This document shows, in pieces, positions 27,573-48,304 of a DNA stretch of 64,000 nt (position 1 is its first letter; the number at the start of each line of letters is the position of its first letter). This stretch comes from Blastocystis sp. Blastoise. Taxonomy: Eukaryota > Protista > Bigyra: Opalinata. The notes beneath the pieces were generated by a model. It was not told the origin of the DNA, ran no database searches, and saw only the letters and a list, made by a program, of their open reading frames with translations. The DNA lies in contig JBBPEB010000028.1 of the NCBI GenBank assembly GCA_039096225.1, positions 434,001 to 498,000 of the forward strand, read 5' to 3'. A program made the position numbers and the translations under genes.

Positions 27573-28412
27573 ATGCAAGAACCTATAGGTATTTTATTCA
27601 TATAAATTAGTCTATATTTTTGAATTATAGAAGAACAATCAGTTCAAGTGTGTACTTTCTTTCTCCATTTTCATTTATAATTATTAGATATTAAATGTGA
27701 AAGAGGACAATGATTCTTTTTCTTTGAATAGTGTCTTATTAGAGTCAATTTTATCTAGAGTATTTCTTTTAATACTATGTATAGGAATTGAATACATTGC
27801 TTTATTTATATAGGTTGATGGCAATATTCCTATTGCTGTATTATCTGTTGTAGGTGCTTTCAGAAGTGGCAAATCTTTACTTCTTGATTTCTTTTTAAGA
27901 TTTTTAAGATACTATGAATTAAGTATTTTTTTTATTATTATTATATGTAATTTAAAAGGTTGCTTAGATGTATTTTTATTGGAATATTATATTTAACATT
28001 TTTTTATATTTAATGGATAACTATTTTTTCACTTTGTTTTTCTTTATATATATATATATAGATCCAGAAGTAGTTACTCGTACAAAGCAGAGTGAGATTC
28101 CTAAATGGATATTTGGAGAAGGTGATTATTTAGAAGGAGATAGTAATAATTCTGAAAGTAAACGAAAAGGATTTTCTTGGAGATGTGGCAAAGATAGAGA
28201 AACACTTGGTATTTCTATTGCTTATTATATATGTTTATTATTATATGTTTATTATTATTATATATGTTTATTATTATATGTTTATTATAATTATATGTTT
28301 ATATATTTATTATTATTATATATTTATTATTATTATATATTTTTATTATTATATGTTTATTATTATTAAATTTACATTTTATTTTATTAAAATAATTAAT
28401 TCATAACCCTAT

Positions 28413-28445
<33 letters not shown>

Positions 28446-30100
28446 GGTATCTGGATATGGAATAAGCCGTTTATTCTTCGAAATCCCCGCGATCCTACTC
28501 ATACTATAGCTGTATTAATTATGGATACACAAGGTATGTTTGATGGACAAACAACACAAATGTTAACTACTTGTATTTTTGGACTGACTACTTTATTAAG
28601 CAGTTTTCAGATCTATAATGTTGATAAACGTTTACAAGAAGATATACTTCAACATTTAGCTTTATTCTCAGAGTATATATAATTATTATTTATATATATA
28701 TGGTATACTCTTATTTAAGTTAAATAGTATTATTTATATTATTATTTAAAAATTTTTTTTTTAAAGAATATATATATATATATAGATATGGTCGTATAGT
28801 TTTAGATAATGATTCTAGTGCCTTAAGTGCCATAAAGCAACGACAAAATGTGACTGCATCTTATATGCATTTAACTAGACAAGATCAAGATAATAATAAG
28901 AATGACGCTTCATTGTCATCCACAGATTCTCACGTGACTCTAGGAAATCCAGAGGATGACGCAGAAAACACTGAAAACACAAATATCACTCCCTTAGAGA
29001 ATAATAAAACAACATTTATTAATGAAAAAGATGAAGAAGAACAAGAAGTTATTAAACAATTCTTAAAAGAAAATAATGTTGAAATACCTGCTTTTCGTGC
29101 TCCTGAAAAAAGACATCTTAAACCTTTTCAACATATTGATTTCGTTGTTCGTGATTGGCAGAATTACACGTGCGAAGAAGATGCTGCCATGTGCATCGCG
29201 GAGAGTCATCAAATTGTCGATAAATTCTTTGAAATGAGAGAAGGTGAAGATCTTCAAGTATATATATATATATATAATGTTTATTTATTTTACTATTTAT
29301 GCTCATATTATGATAGTTATTATTATTCTTATTATACTAATTATTATTATGTATATATATATAATATATATAGAGTACTCGTGAACATATTCAAAGTTGT
29401 TTTAGTATTATTAGTGGCATGCTACTTCCACATCCTGGTTTAAGTGTCACAAAGAAGAATTTCTGCGGGGAATTGAAATTATTTGAAAAATCATTTTTAC
29501 TTCTTGTAGGTCATTATATAGAAACCGTATTTTTAGAACAAATCCAACCAAAAACTATTAATGGATTCCCTTTACTTGTTAAGAACTTTTTACCGTATAT
29601 ATATATTATTATTATTATTGTTTTTTTTTTTATGTATTTATAAATAATAAATAATTATATATATATATATATATATAGTTTGACCATAGCTTATGCTCAA
29701 TCATTTATCGACGGATATTCATTCCCTCAAGCAAGTACTATTCTTGCTGCTACTGCTACTCTTAACAATCAACAAGCTAAAGAAGAAGCTTGTGATGTAT
29801 ATATAGATATAGAGAGATTATTAATATATTTATTATTATTATGTTTATTATTCTATTATGTTTATTATTATATTTATTATTATTATTATTATTATATCAA
29901 TTATGATACTAGTTATATATATACAATTAATAATAATAATATTAATATTATTATTCTTTAGTTATACTTAAAAGAAATGACTTCCGTTGTTAATGATGAA
30001 AAGGGATATTTAACGGATGAAGCTCTTTTAAAACAACATACTATCGCTGTTAATAAAGCAGTCGATTATTATCTTAAAAAAGCTAATCTTGGAAGCTTAA

Positions 30101-30138
<38 letters not shown>

Positions 30139-30555
30139 AGTAATTATTATTATTTTTCTTATTTTTATTGTTATAATAACAACATATATATATATCTACT
30201 AATATTATTCTATATATAGATACAAGAAACTTATGATGATTTGAATATTTGTCTTATAAATGAATTTACAAGACTTAAAAAAGAAAATAAATTACGAGAT
30301 CCACTTGCTTTTGTTGAACCTTATCTTATTCCTCTATTTATTATGACTATATGTTTTGCAATCAAGTTTATTCTTTCTTATACTTGCTTCTCTTTCTCTC
30401 GTACGTGTAGAACCAGCTATAACTATTTTGATTTCCTTACTACTTGTTGTATAATATATATATTATTTACTACATATAAATCAATGAGACCTATTTATTA
30501 TCGTATTATACAAGCTATAAAGAATCTTATATTTGAAAAACCTAAATCTGAATAG
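27573..30555 (+). CDS. ATL: Atlastin (ER fusion GTPase); multi-exon, with 16-nt and 17-nt first coding exons
   Basis: G1 VVGAFRSGKSLLLDFFLR, GFSWRCGKDRETLGIWIW, G3 MDTQG, LQHLALFSEYG, G4 VVRDW, LLPHPG, and two C-terminal hydrophobic helices. Confidence 0.9.
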
Positions 30556-31084
30556 ATTTATAATTATATATATATTTTATTTTTGTACATAGTATTGTAT
30601 TATTTCTTTTTAGTTTCTTTTTTTCTATCATTCTTTATCAAATTATCTGTTGTTTAATATTCTTAGTTATTGTTGCTGTGTTTAATTATTTTATTTATAT
30701 AATTAATTATTAGTTAATACTTTGTTTTGTATAGTAAATATATAGAGTTATGTAATAATAGTTTTTATTCGATGATTTTATGTTTTTATGTAAATGAACT
30801 TTCTTTTTATATATGAATAACAGTAGTATCATTGATATGAAGCGAAATCATTCTTTTTTAATATACAGATTTGTTTAAATAAATATATATATTATGAATA
30901 TGAATTTATTTATATTTATAATTATAATAATGATAAATGAACTAAAAAAACAATTATATTTCATAATAATATATAAATGCAATAAAAATATATAATTTTA
31001 TACTTAGACGTTAGGAGCAATTAGTATATAATAAATATATATATATATAAATATAAATATATATATAAATCAAATAAATATTGT

Positions 31085-31248
31085 TTATAATCCAGAAATC
31101 ATCTTGAGTAAATTCTATATATATATATATAGGAAGATATATATAATAATGATAATAATAATATATATATATACAAAGTCTTCATAATCAAGGGGTATTT
31201 TTTGTTTTAAATATGTTAATAATATAAGTACTTTATCTACTGTAAGTA

Positions 31249-31283
<35 letters not shown>

Positions 31284-31459
31284 GTAGTGAATAGAATGTA
31301 CAAATAATATATATATATATATATACTTGACTAAGATAAATAAGGAGATTGAAATCAAAGAGGACAAGAGGAAGGTCTTTTATTGACATATTCTTACGAA
31401 CTATCTCACGATACTCAGCTATAGAAGAATATAGAGTAAAATAGCATTGTAATTCATGA

Positions 31460-31515
<56 letters not shown>

Positions 31516-33324
31516 TATATATACCTTGTAGAGTAGAAGGATTTTCGCCCATACAATTAATAGAGGGGAAACCAAAAGAGGGGAAACATGGAGGTGGGGG
31601 ATTACGTGGAACACCAATAGTCAGTTGTACAAGGAGCCAGTCTGGACTAAAGGTGGTCACCTATGTACATATATATATATATATATATTTATTATATTAT
31701 CAATAAATTAATACTTGTATACTCATAATAAATAATATATATATTTTCATAATAAATAATATATATATTTTCATATTAAATAATATATATATTTTCATAT
31801 TAAATAATATATAAATACATTTTCAGGACCAATATCTTCTTTGTTTTCAATAACTGTAGAGAGTGGTTCCCCGCGGTTATTTTTGTTTTGTACTTGACAT
31901 AGTTTATTATTTGAAGAAGGAATAAGTAGGTCATCTCTATACATAGATATACATTGATCCGATAACATATAAGCATCTTGGGTCAAATTATTATCCTATA
32001 TATATATATAAAGTTAAATAAAAGAGATAAAATGTATATGATAATAATAATACATAAATATACTTTATCAAGAGAAACTGCTACAGAAACGAATTTATAT
32101 CCATATTCCCCTGGTTTTTTGAAGTTTAATTGATAAGGAGCAACTAATAATACGTCATCACTAGTAAGTATCTCCTCCCGCGGGGAATGAGTATACATTA
32201 TACCTACACATTCTAATCCTATATTTAATAATATATATAATAATAAGTATATAAAAAAAATTTTATAGAAAATATTCTATTAAATTATTATAAAAAATAA
32301 TTATAATAATAAATAGTATAATATGAATATAAGTAAAATAAATAGTATAATAAATAGTATAATATGAATATAAGTAAAATAAATATAATAATAAATAGTA
32401 TAATATGATAGAGAATAAATATTATAATACAATACCCATCGATTGAATAATATTTTCAACAGCAGGTATATAGTTATCTTCTTCGAGAACGAAATGATTG
32501 TCTATATACTGCTGCTTTGGCATATAACTACAGAATACAACAACTTTTGTCTGTTCATAGTTATTATGCACATATGTTTCATATTTACCATAACTATATA
32601 TATATATATAGAGAGAGAGAGAGAAAGAGAAAATAATAAACAAAGAAAAAAATTAAAAAAATGTTTATATACAGAATAGAGAACAGATAATAATAATATA
32701 TATAATAATAATATAAATAATAATAATAAACCTATACAGAAAAGCGAGGAAATGTGTTTGTTTCCCGTGATTATACCAGTTTTGTACGAATTGTTTATAA
32801 TATCGTGTATCAGCCATTTCAACATGATCGACATGTCTATAAGGCTATTGAAAGATATATAGATATACATATATATAAGATATATATATAGATATATATA
32901 TATATATATAAATGAAATAATGAAAATATAGATAGTTTATTTAAAAAAAGAAAACATATATAAAAAAAAAAATAGTAGAATATACTTGTCGAGCAAGAGT
33001 GCAAGGTTTCGGAGCACAACTAGTACAAATCCCGCGGGGAAAAGGGAAATGTTTATGACAATTTTTATCAAGTTTATAGGATACTTGAGAAGGAGGTATA
33101 CAATAATTACACGTTGTATTAGGAGAATGATGGCATTTATTCTTTTGAGATTTCATATATTCTGCAAAAGAACGATGTTTATGTGTATCTTCTTGAACAG
33201 GAAGACAATTAGGACAACTATATATATATATATATATAAAATAATATATAGGATACAGAAAAAAATATAGATATTTATTGATAATATATCAATGAAAATA
33301 ATTTTTTAAACTAAATAAATATAG

Positions 33325-33375
<51 letters not shown>

Positions 33376-34132
33376 AAGCATTAGGTCCATGTAGACATAA
33401 CATTTGAAGAGGAATATCGTCACCTTTTTTATGACCAGAACAATTGGGACACATTTGACCCTAGAGGAAGAATAATATATATAGTAAATAGTATAAATAT
33501 AATAAACATAATAAATATAATTTAATAATATAATAGAATATAATAAATATAAATTTAATAATATAATAAACATAATAAATATAAATATATATATAATAAA
33601 ATAAATATATATAATTATATACGGGTCCATGTCTACATAACCACGGTAATGGTTCGTCTTTCTTGGGTTCTCCAGAGCAATGAATGCAACGACCATTAGG
33701 TCCATGATTACATTTAGATACTCTATATATATAAGAATTGTCAATGTAGTCATGATAATACATTAAATATAATAATTTCAATAAAATCTTAATTATACAA
33801 AAATATACGGTTGAATGTCTTTTGGTTTCTCTTCTTTCTATATATGCATGTATATATAAATATTCAAACGAATGTATGCATAATACCTTCTCATCATTTA
33901 AATAATAAATGTATATGAAAGATCCATTTCGAAGCCCATAATCAGAAACACACCGACTTTCATTCGTTATAATTCTAGTACATAGCTGATCAAGACACAG
34001 CATGAATGAATCATAGGGTCTGTTTTCTTGTTTTTGGACAAATGAATGAATTTTTGATACGGGTTCATTAGGATCCACAGTGCATCGACAGACTCTGTGA
34101 GGTGTTTGAATACGTATAACAATTGATGACAT
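31085..34132 (-). CDS. NPL4: Npl4 (Cdc48/p97 cofactor); multi-exon
   Basis: UBL-like N-terminus IVIRIQT, CHCC zinc fingers, HFPFPRGICTSC, YRHVDHV, and MPN-like segments GIMYTH and KFVSVAVS. Confidence 0.9.
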
Positions 34133-34619
34133 ATCTATAAGTTTAAATATGAGTTCATATGAATAGTTGATCAATGCATATATGAATTTACTTTATAAAA
34201 TCTGAATATACTTTATGATTGATTCAATATTTAGAAAAGAATAATAAGAAAAAAACTAGTTTTCTATTTTGTAAGTTTTATTCTTTTAGTTTTAAGCATT
34301 TATTTCGTGTTTTTATCTGTTAAAAAAATATTTAATAAAGTATATGATCGTTTCAAAAGAATTGTAGAACTTTTTTAATTAAAAAAAAATAGCACAGATT
34401 CATGTGAGCAACAAAATGTAACAAAATAAATGAATAATAATAACGAGATTGCTTGAAAAAAAAGAAAAGTTTTTTTGGCATCAACATTAGTTTATAGAGG
34501 ATATAATTGTTGAAAGAATGATTCAAAGACCAAAAGAAAATGAAAAAAGAATAATAAAAATATATATAATAGTATTAATGAAAGAATAAACATAAAATTA
34601 AATGAATAGAATTCTATAT

Positions 34620-37041
<2,422 letters not shown>

Positions 37042-37796
37042 TAGAATATTCCAAGTTATAAAAAAGCATTTTTATGAAAGAAAAACTGGTAATTTTCATT
37101 AGTTGACAAAATTTAATTATTATTCTCTATGAATCTCAATGCATACTATTCTATGGAAATAATTTTTCTATCAATTTTTCTGTTATTAAGGTATTCCATG
37201 TGATTATATGTTTTATTTTCATTCATTTAACTTGTAACCCATGAGACTACACATATAAAATTTATAAATTATCTTTAAACATCTATTTCTATCATTTTTA
37301 TTCATTTTTTTAAAAATCGAATGTAATTATGTACTATACATATACGTTATATATTACGTTATGAGATGATAAGCATTCGAAGTTAACATAGTAGTAATCC
37401 TTGCTTATTTATATTGATAATTCTTTGAATTGCCTTTTTTTAATAAAAAAAAAATGAATTTACACAAATAATGAACACAACCTTTCAAAAAGTATATGAT
37501 AAACAGCTTAGACTTATATAAGTATAAATAAATAGGCTCAGGAAAATAGAAGAAACGTAGTAAATTTAACTAGAAAAATGATAGATTCAGAAGAGATAGT
37601 ATTCAGGTAGAAAAGTTGTGCGATTTTTTTGGGATATACCGAAGCTAATATAAAACTGACTATAAATAAAATCACGGGAAAATCTGAATATAAACAAAAA
37701 AATACACAATTTTCAGTTTTCTAAAATAGAATTTTGAATAAATAAATATAAATAATTAGTCAATTATAATTTATAAATTCAACAGATTACTCTATT

Positions 37797-40550
<2,754 letters not shown>

Positions 40551-40868
40551 AATTTATTTATTTATTCCTTATAATTCATGTCGTTTTCTTTTTTTTTTTT
40601 TTGGATTTAAATATACTATTATTTATTTTATTTCATTTTATTATTTCCTTTCATTGTATTCTAATGATATTTTTTGTTATTGTGCTATTTTGTTTGCTTA
40701 TACATAAGGATGAATAGTTTTTTATTTAAATTAATAAAAAAAAACAAGTAGAACAATTAAAGACGAAGAATTAAAAATTAAAAAAAAAGAAAAAATAAAT
40801 ATATATAATAAAACAAATATATAGATGATGTGAAAAAGAAATAACAAACAATATATATATATATAGAA

Positions 40869-42812
<1,944 letters not shown>

Positions 42813-43510
42813 GGATACAATAAATGGAATAAAGAATCTGCTTTTTATAGGTTATTCAATATATATAATACTGTTATGTAATTAATAATATTTAATTGTT
42901 TATTACAAAAACAAAATGAAGAGTAAATCCTAAATAAACAAATTATGTTTCATTGTATTTTTTTCATTTTTCCGCTTTGAAAAACACATAAATTCTTGGG
43001 AGACATTGATATCGTTAAAAAACAAATTATGTGCTGAATTCATCTTTTTCTTTTGATGCTGTAACTTTAGTAACTTTAAATACTAAGGATAGATTACACT
43101 CAATTTATTTATTGGAACAAAAAGATAATCTTATTTTTCATTTTCATAGATATCTGGTTGTCCGAAGCCAATTATTGTAACAATGCGTTGTATAAATAGT
43201 ATATTAAATCGTGGTTTCATTAAGATTGTTCTTTCAAAAGAAAATGAGAATTATTTTTTAATATTGTAAAGATTTCTATGTCATAGAATCTAAGAATCAT
43301 TTCACATCGATCACTCATTTATATTAATTGTAATACGCATAATTTAGAGCAAATACCCTCTTAAAAGTATTTTTTTTTGGTGATAACGCGATCAATCCAT
43401 AAAAAAATAAAAATATACAAGACTCATTGATATATATTTAAAAAAATATGCATACAGACAAAACAATAAAAATGAGATAATATATATATATATAGAATAC
43501 AGAGTATATA

Positions 43511-44047
43511 TTATAATTTGTTAATTTCATTATATCGATTAAGATTAGTATCAAAGAATCGAGTGTTACTTTTAATTTGTTTACTTAAGAGTTGTTGATA
43601 TGAATCTAATAATTCTTTTGATGGTTCAGGAAGAGTTTCATCTATTGATATTTGATTCTTTTTCATACAACTATCTAAATGATTCACAAAGAAAGACTCT
43701 AAAGATTTTGAATTGACAATAGGCGCTTTCTTATTACGATAAGATCGACTTAAAGGTGTGTAGAAGTCAGATTTCAGTTTTTGAACATCACTCTCTATAG
43801 TAGATTTCCATTGTTTTTGCTGATCTATAGGTAAATTACATAAAGCACTAAATTCGTCATTTTCAATTGTGTTACTGACAATATCATCATCTGAAAGAAG
43901 ATCATCTATATCTATATCATCATCTTGTGCTTTAACCGTATTTTCTGGAGCACTTTTGTTGGATGTTTGATAATTCACATTAGTTTCTGGAGTTGTATCC
44001 GCAAGACAATCATCCAAAAGATCATCTAAATCTATATCATCAGACAT
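43511..44047 (-). CDS. Hypothetical 178-aa protein, intronless
   Basis: Clean ATG-TAA ORF with normal composition. Two DDID(L/I)DDLL motifs. Confidence 0.75.
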   Translation of the reverse strand: MSDDIDLDDLLDDCLADTTPETNVNYQTSNKSAPENTVKAQDDDIDIDDLLSDDDIVSNTIENDEFSALCNLPIDQQKQWKSTIESDVQKLKSDFYTPLSRSYRNKKAPIVNSKSLESFFVNHLDSCMKKNQISIDETLPEPSKELLDSYQQLLSKQIKSNTRFFDTNLNRYNEINKL

Positions 44048-44334
44048 TTCTTCTAAATAAATTTAAAAAAGAGAGTCATTAGTTCAGGTCAGTAGAATTA
44101 TAAGAAATAAAAATAATAAAATTCAAGAGAGATTGCTGATATATAAAGCAGAGATATAAAAATGAATATATACCGAATAATAATAACAAAAAAGAATAAA
44201 AGAAATAGAAGAAACTGTTCTATAAATATTATTGTTTCTTTACTGTGATTCAAGAGATAATCGTGAATTTTTATTGAATTGTAATTTCGTTTATTGTTCT
44301 TAATTGACATCTATATAAAAGTGAATAATACAAA

Positions 44335-44643
44335 ATGTCAGTTGAAGAAGATGAATCAGTTGAACAAATCTACTTTAATTTGATTTTAAAGGATCTTTGT
44401 CAAACTATTGTTTTAGAGACATATAAAGAAGCTAATGAAAATAATATGTCAGATGTCCCTGAAGAGCATCAAATTCACATTTCTACTCTACGAGATGATG
44501 ATTTATATAACAACTCTGCAGATCATCAGCTATCGAAGTTTTACGATCAGTCATTTGTTTGTCCAAACTGCAAATGTCCTATGACAACACAAAGATATGC
44601 AAAACACTTAGAAAAATGCATAAAGAAGAATGGCACAAGGTGA
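44335..44643 (+). CDS. SGF11: SAGA deubiquitinase module subunit Sgf11 (ATXN7L3-like)
   Basis: N-terminal helix IYFNLILKDL and zinc finger CPNCKCPMTTQRYAKHLEKC. Confidence 0.88.
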   Translation: MSVEEDESVEQIYFNLILKDLCQTIVLETYKEANENNMSDVPEEHQIHISTLRDDDLYNNSADHQLSKFYDQSFVCPNCKCPMTTQRYAKHLEKCIKKNGTR

Positions 44644-45041
44644 TGCGATTCATTGATCCTTTTTTTTGATTGATATGTATGTAGATACTTATGTTCGTGA
44701 TGTATATTTTAATTATTTGTTGTAATATATGATACTATGGGTATACTGTGATTATACTTAGTTATTCTTGCGTTTGATTATTCATTTATGCTGATTCATT
44801 TATTGTTTTCTTTTTTCGTTTTCTAATTGATTACCTAGTTTAGTCATAAAAATATGATATTTGAGTAAACATATTATTTGTGTAATAAAAACACCTAAAT
44901 GAGTAGATTTTATAAGTTTTTGATTCCATATTTTATATTTTTATATAACATATAGACTCGATATATCAAATAAAACTGATAGATCAGGAAACCAAGTTAA
45001 TGCCCTAATCTTACACATAAACACGGAAATAATCTCATATT

Positions 45042-45394
45042 ACCATATTTTTGCCATGAAATCACGGTTATTTATAATATTCAAAAAAATTATTAAAAAA
45101 TCTATCACTACCGTCGTTTTTTTTTTTAGTGAAAAGGTAGTTTGAAGTTTTAGTGAGGTTTCCCCAATAATTGTTTCGTGAAAAAATGGGAATAGGTTTT
45201 CGTGATTTTGGCGACAGGGAAAACAGTGAATAAGGATGACACACCCTAAAATGCCGAGAGCTCTATTCACCGTCAGGTATAATCGTGAATATAAAAATAC
45301 CTCTAATGAGAAATTTTGCTTGTTAAAATTTAAGCATTTTTTCAGCTAGGCGAAAAGAGTAGCCAAAAAATAGGTTAATTTTGTCGGATATGGT
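45042..45394 (+). ncRNA. Candidate structured non-coding RNA (~350 nt), family unassigned
   Basis: Locally GC-richer with no credible ORF. Nested long-range helices 45042-45050/45386-45394 and 45051-45067/45200-45214 whose non-Watson-Crick pairs are G-U on the + strand. Several further hairpins. Confidence 0.55.
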
Positions 45395-45527
45395 CTTTCT
45401 TTTCATTCGTTCATTATTTTTTTCATTTATTTAATCGTTGTGTGAATGATAATAAACAATATAATAATAAAAGACGATAAATAATAAGATAAAAATTAAA
45501 ACTATAAGAAAATAATAAATATAATAG

Positions 45528-46110
45528 TTATTTTTGTTGATTTTGAGTCAATTGAGAAGGATTTTGGATCACTATATATATATAATGATAGAAATAATAG
45601 AATAGATATAATAGATCAATAAATACCTTCATATACCACTTGTAGAACACCCCATAATGAAGAACAAACACTATAAAAAAAGAATGTAAAAAAATAAATA
45701 TAATATAGCAATATACCTTCAACCACCAAACAGACTAGACCAATAGAGACCTCATGAAGGACCTAAAACCTAAATAAAAATAAAAATAGTTAATTTCAAA
45801 AAAATAAAATATAATAAAATACCTTCAGAACCAGTGAGTTGCTGACTAAGGAGACAACTAACAACACCTAAACCTATAGAAGATGATAATAATAATAACA
45901 AAGAGAATGCTAAAAATATATACCGTTTATAACACCAGATTTCTGATCACCTGGATCCCGCAGGTCATGAGTTAACTATAGAGAATGAAATAAATGAAAA
46001 GGAAACATACCTATAAAAACGAAGACCAATTGCGACCTATTTGAAATCATTTTGATACACCAGTAAGCCTATAGAGTATAAGATAAATAAAAAAATATAT
46101 ATATACATTT
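45528..46110 (-). ncRNA. Spliced transcript with six GT-AG introns and no continuous ORF (lncRNA or decayed gene)
   Basis: Internal exons 46011-46068, 45924-45975, 45823-45873, 45717-45762 and 45627-45670 are separated by canonical introns. Stops occur in all spliced frames. Confidence 0.5.
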
Positions 46111-46989
46111 TATAATATACAAAATATAGTTGTAAAAAAATAAAAATAAAAATAAATATGTGAAAATATTGAATCTTAAAAACAAAGAGAAATTCCCCCT
46201 AGTTATATTTTTTTTATACAATAAAAATCTGTAGAAAATCGTTGTTTCCAGGGGTTAAAACATTTTTAAAATTTTCCCTTTTCTCTTCTAATAAGTCTAT
46301 TTGAGTGTAAAATTGATTTATAAATGTATTATGTGCTTATGAACCTAAATTATTTAATTATAACATGTTTCCAGACTTATTAAAACAAAAGAATCGTTAT
46401 TTTTAAAAGTATAATTTGAATTAAATATATTTGTCTGCTAATTTTATATAATAATATTTAATTTATACTATGAAGATCCTAAAGAATCAAAATATATATT
46501 TAGTATAATTACTTATAGAGACATGATTCATAATTTATAGACTTTTGTTTTTTATAAGTTTTATTAAGACGAATTATCGATTATTATAAGTGACTGAATA
46601 AACTGAGGCTTTTTAAAAGGTTATCAAGTTGTTTAAGACATAATAGAGAATGTAATTTATTAAAATATAAAGTAGACTGAAACTTACTCCTTTTTCATAT
46701 TATTCTAAAAGAATTCTAAACAATTTTATTCCTAAATACTACAAAACAAAAAGAGTAATATTTAAGTAATTAAAACACAGTACAAGATAAATAAACAAGA
46801 TAATATATAGTATATAAATAGTAATATATCATTATAATATGAATATATATGAAACTTCTTTCTATCCTATATATACATGATTATAATAATAACCATAATT
46901 TAATATATATATATATATTGATATAGTATTATAAATATATATATACATGGGAGACTTATCATTATTTTAATATCTAAATCAATTATCCA

Positions 46990-48266
46990 AAAGTCTATAT
47001 AATAAAAATATTAATAATAAGCATAATAATAATAATAATAATAATAATAATGCTATACCTGGTTGATGAGTTGTTGAAGGAGGAGGAGAGAGAGATAACG
47101 AAGAGAAGATACAGATGATAGGACACAAGGGTAGAGAGAGTCAGAAATAGAATTATATACTGAAGACAAACTGGAGTTCTGCTCATCTATTAATCTATAT
47201 ATATATATATATATATATATACTTCAAGAATATTATTTTGTAAGAGGTGTCATTTTGGTAAGACATCTGGTCATTCCCGCGGTTATCTCTTTTAATGTTG
47301 CTAGATAGAGAGGAGGTGAGGTGAGAGACGAGAGATAAGGAAGAAGGAGGGAATATATGGCGGGATAGAGATTGGCGGGAGAAATAGTGCGAGGAGGAAT
47401 AGAGAGAGAATAACTAGAATTACACCTATATATATATATATATATATATTATACATATAAATATAATACATAAGAAGTGCTCCAACAACCGTGACGCACA
47501 TCTGTTTGGTGGGAAATTGTGAGTTGAGAACTACTGCGACTATCTTAGTTCCTTTAGGTATATATAATGGTTGTATATAGGCCTGGAGAAGTGTCCAGAG
47601 AGGTTTTGGAGATAAATTAAGGGTTGAGATAATAGTGACTAGTGTAGAGACAGTTTTATCGATTAGTTTGATTTGAGGGCACGTGCCTATAATAGAATAG
47701 AGAGAAGAGCAGATCGAGGAACAAAGGGAACTTGACCATTCCTTTTTAACTAACTATATATATAATATCATAAACAATATACATTTCATAGATTCATATA
47801 TAAATACTATACTATTCTATATATATATATATACCTTTTGTATAATGTCTTGAAGAACGTCTCGGATACTCTCTTGTTCCACGGGTGAGACACAGATATC
47901 GTTGGTGAGATAGGAATGAAGGAGGGGGAGAGAAGGAAGAAGAGAAGAAGGAGAAGAGGGAGTAACTACTACTAATAATAATAAGCAATAACACTATATA
48001 TTTAAGATGATAGAAGAATTATTATTATTAATATATATAATACTAATTGTATTCCTTGTTCCTGTTTGTCTTCTATTTCAAGAATACATGATACCCCAGT
48101 CCCCACAACGTATGCCAACATTTTTCCCAATGAGATTTTCAAATCTTGATTTTGTTCACAACACAATTTAAGAATACTGGAGACCTGGTTGAATTGTGCC
48201 TCTAGAGTATTCTTAGGATAAATAATGTGTAAATATTTTCCTAATAACGTGACCAACTATATAAAG

Positions 48267-48304
<38 letters not shown>

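Noticed and set aside
45241-45252. Firm call of telomerase RNA from ACACCCTAAAA
   Set aside because: It covers only about one repeat unit without the terminal redundancy a template needs, so it is kept only as one candidate identity.
45528-46110. Selenoprotein reading of the spliced transcript (three in-frame TGA)
   Set aside because: The same frame also contains a TAG, has no redox motif, and no SECIS is evident. The stop density matches non-coding sequence.
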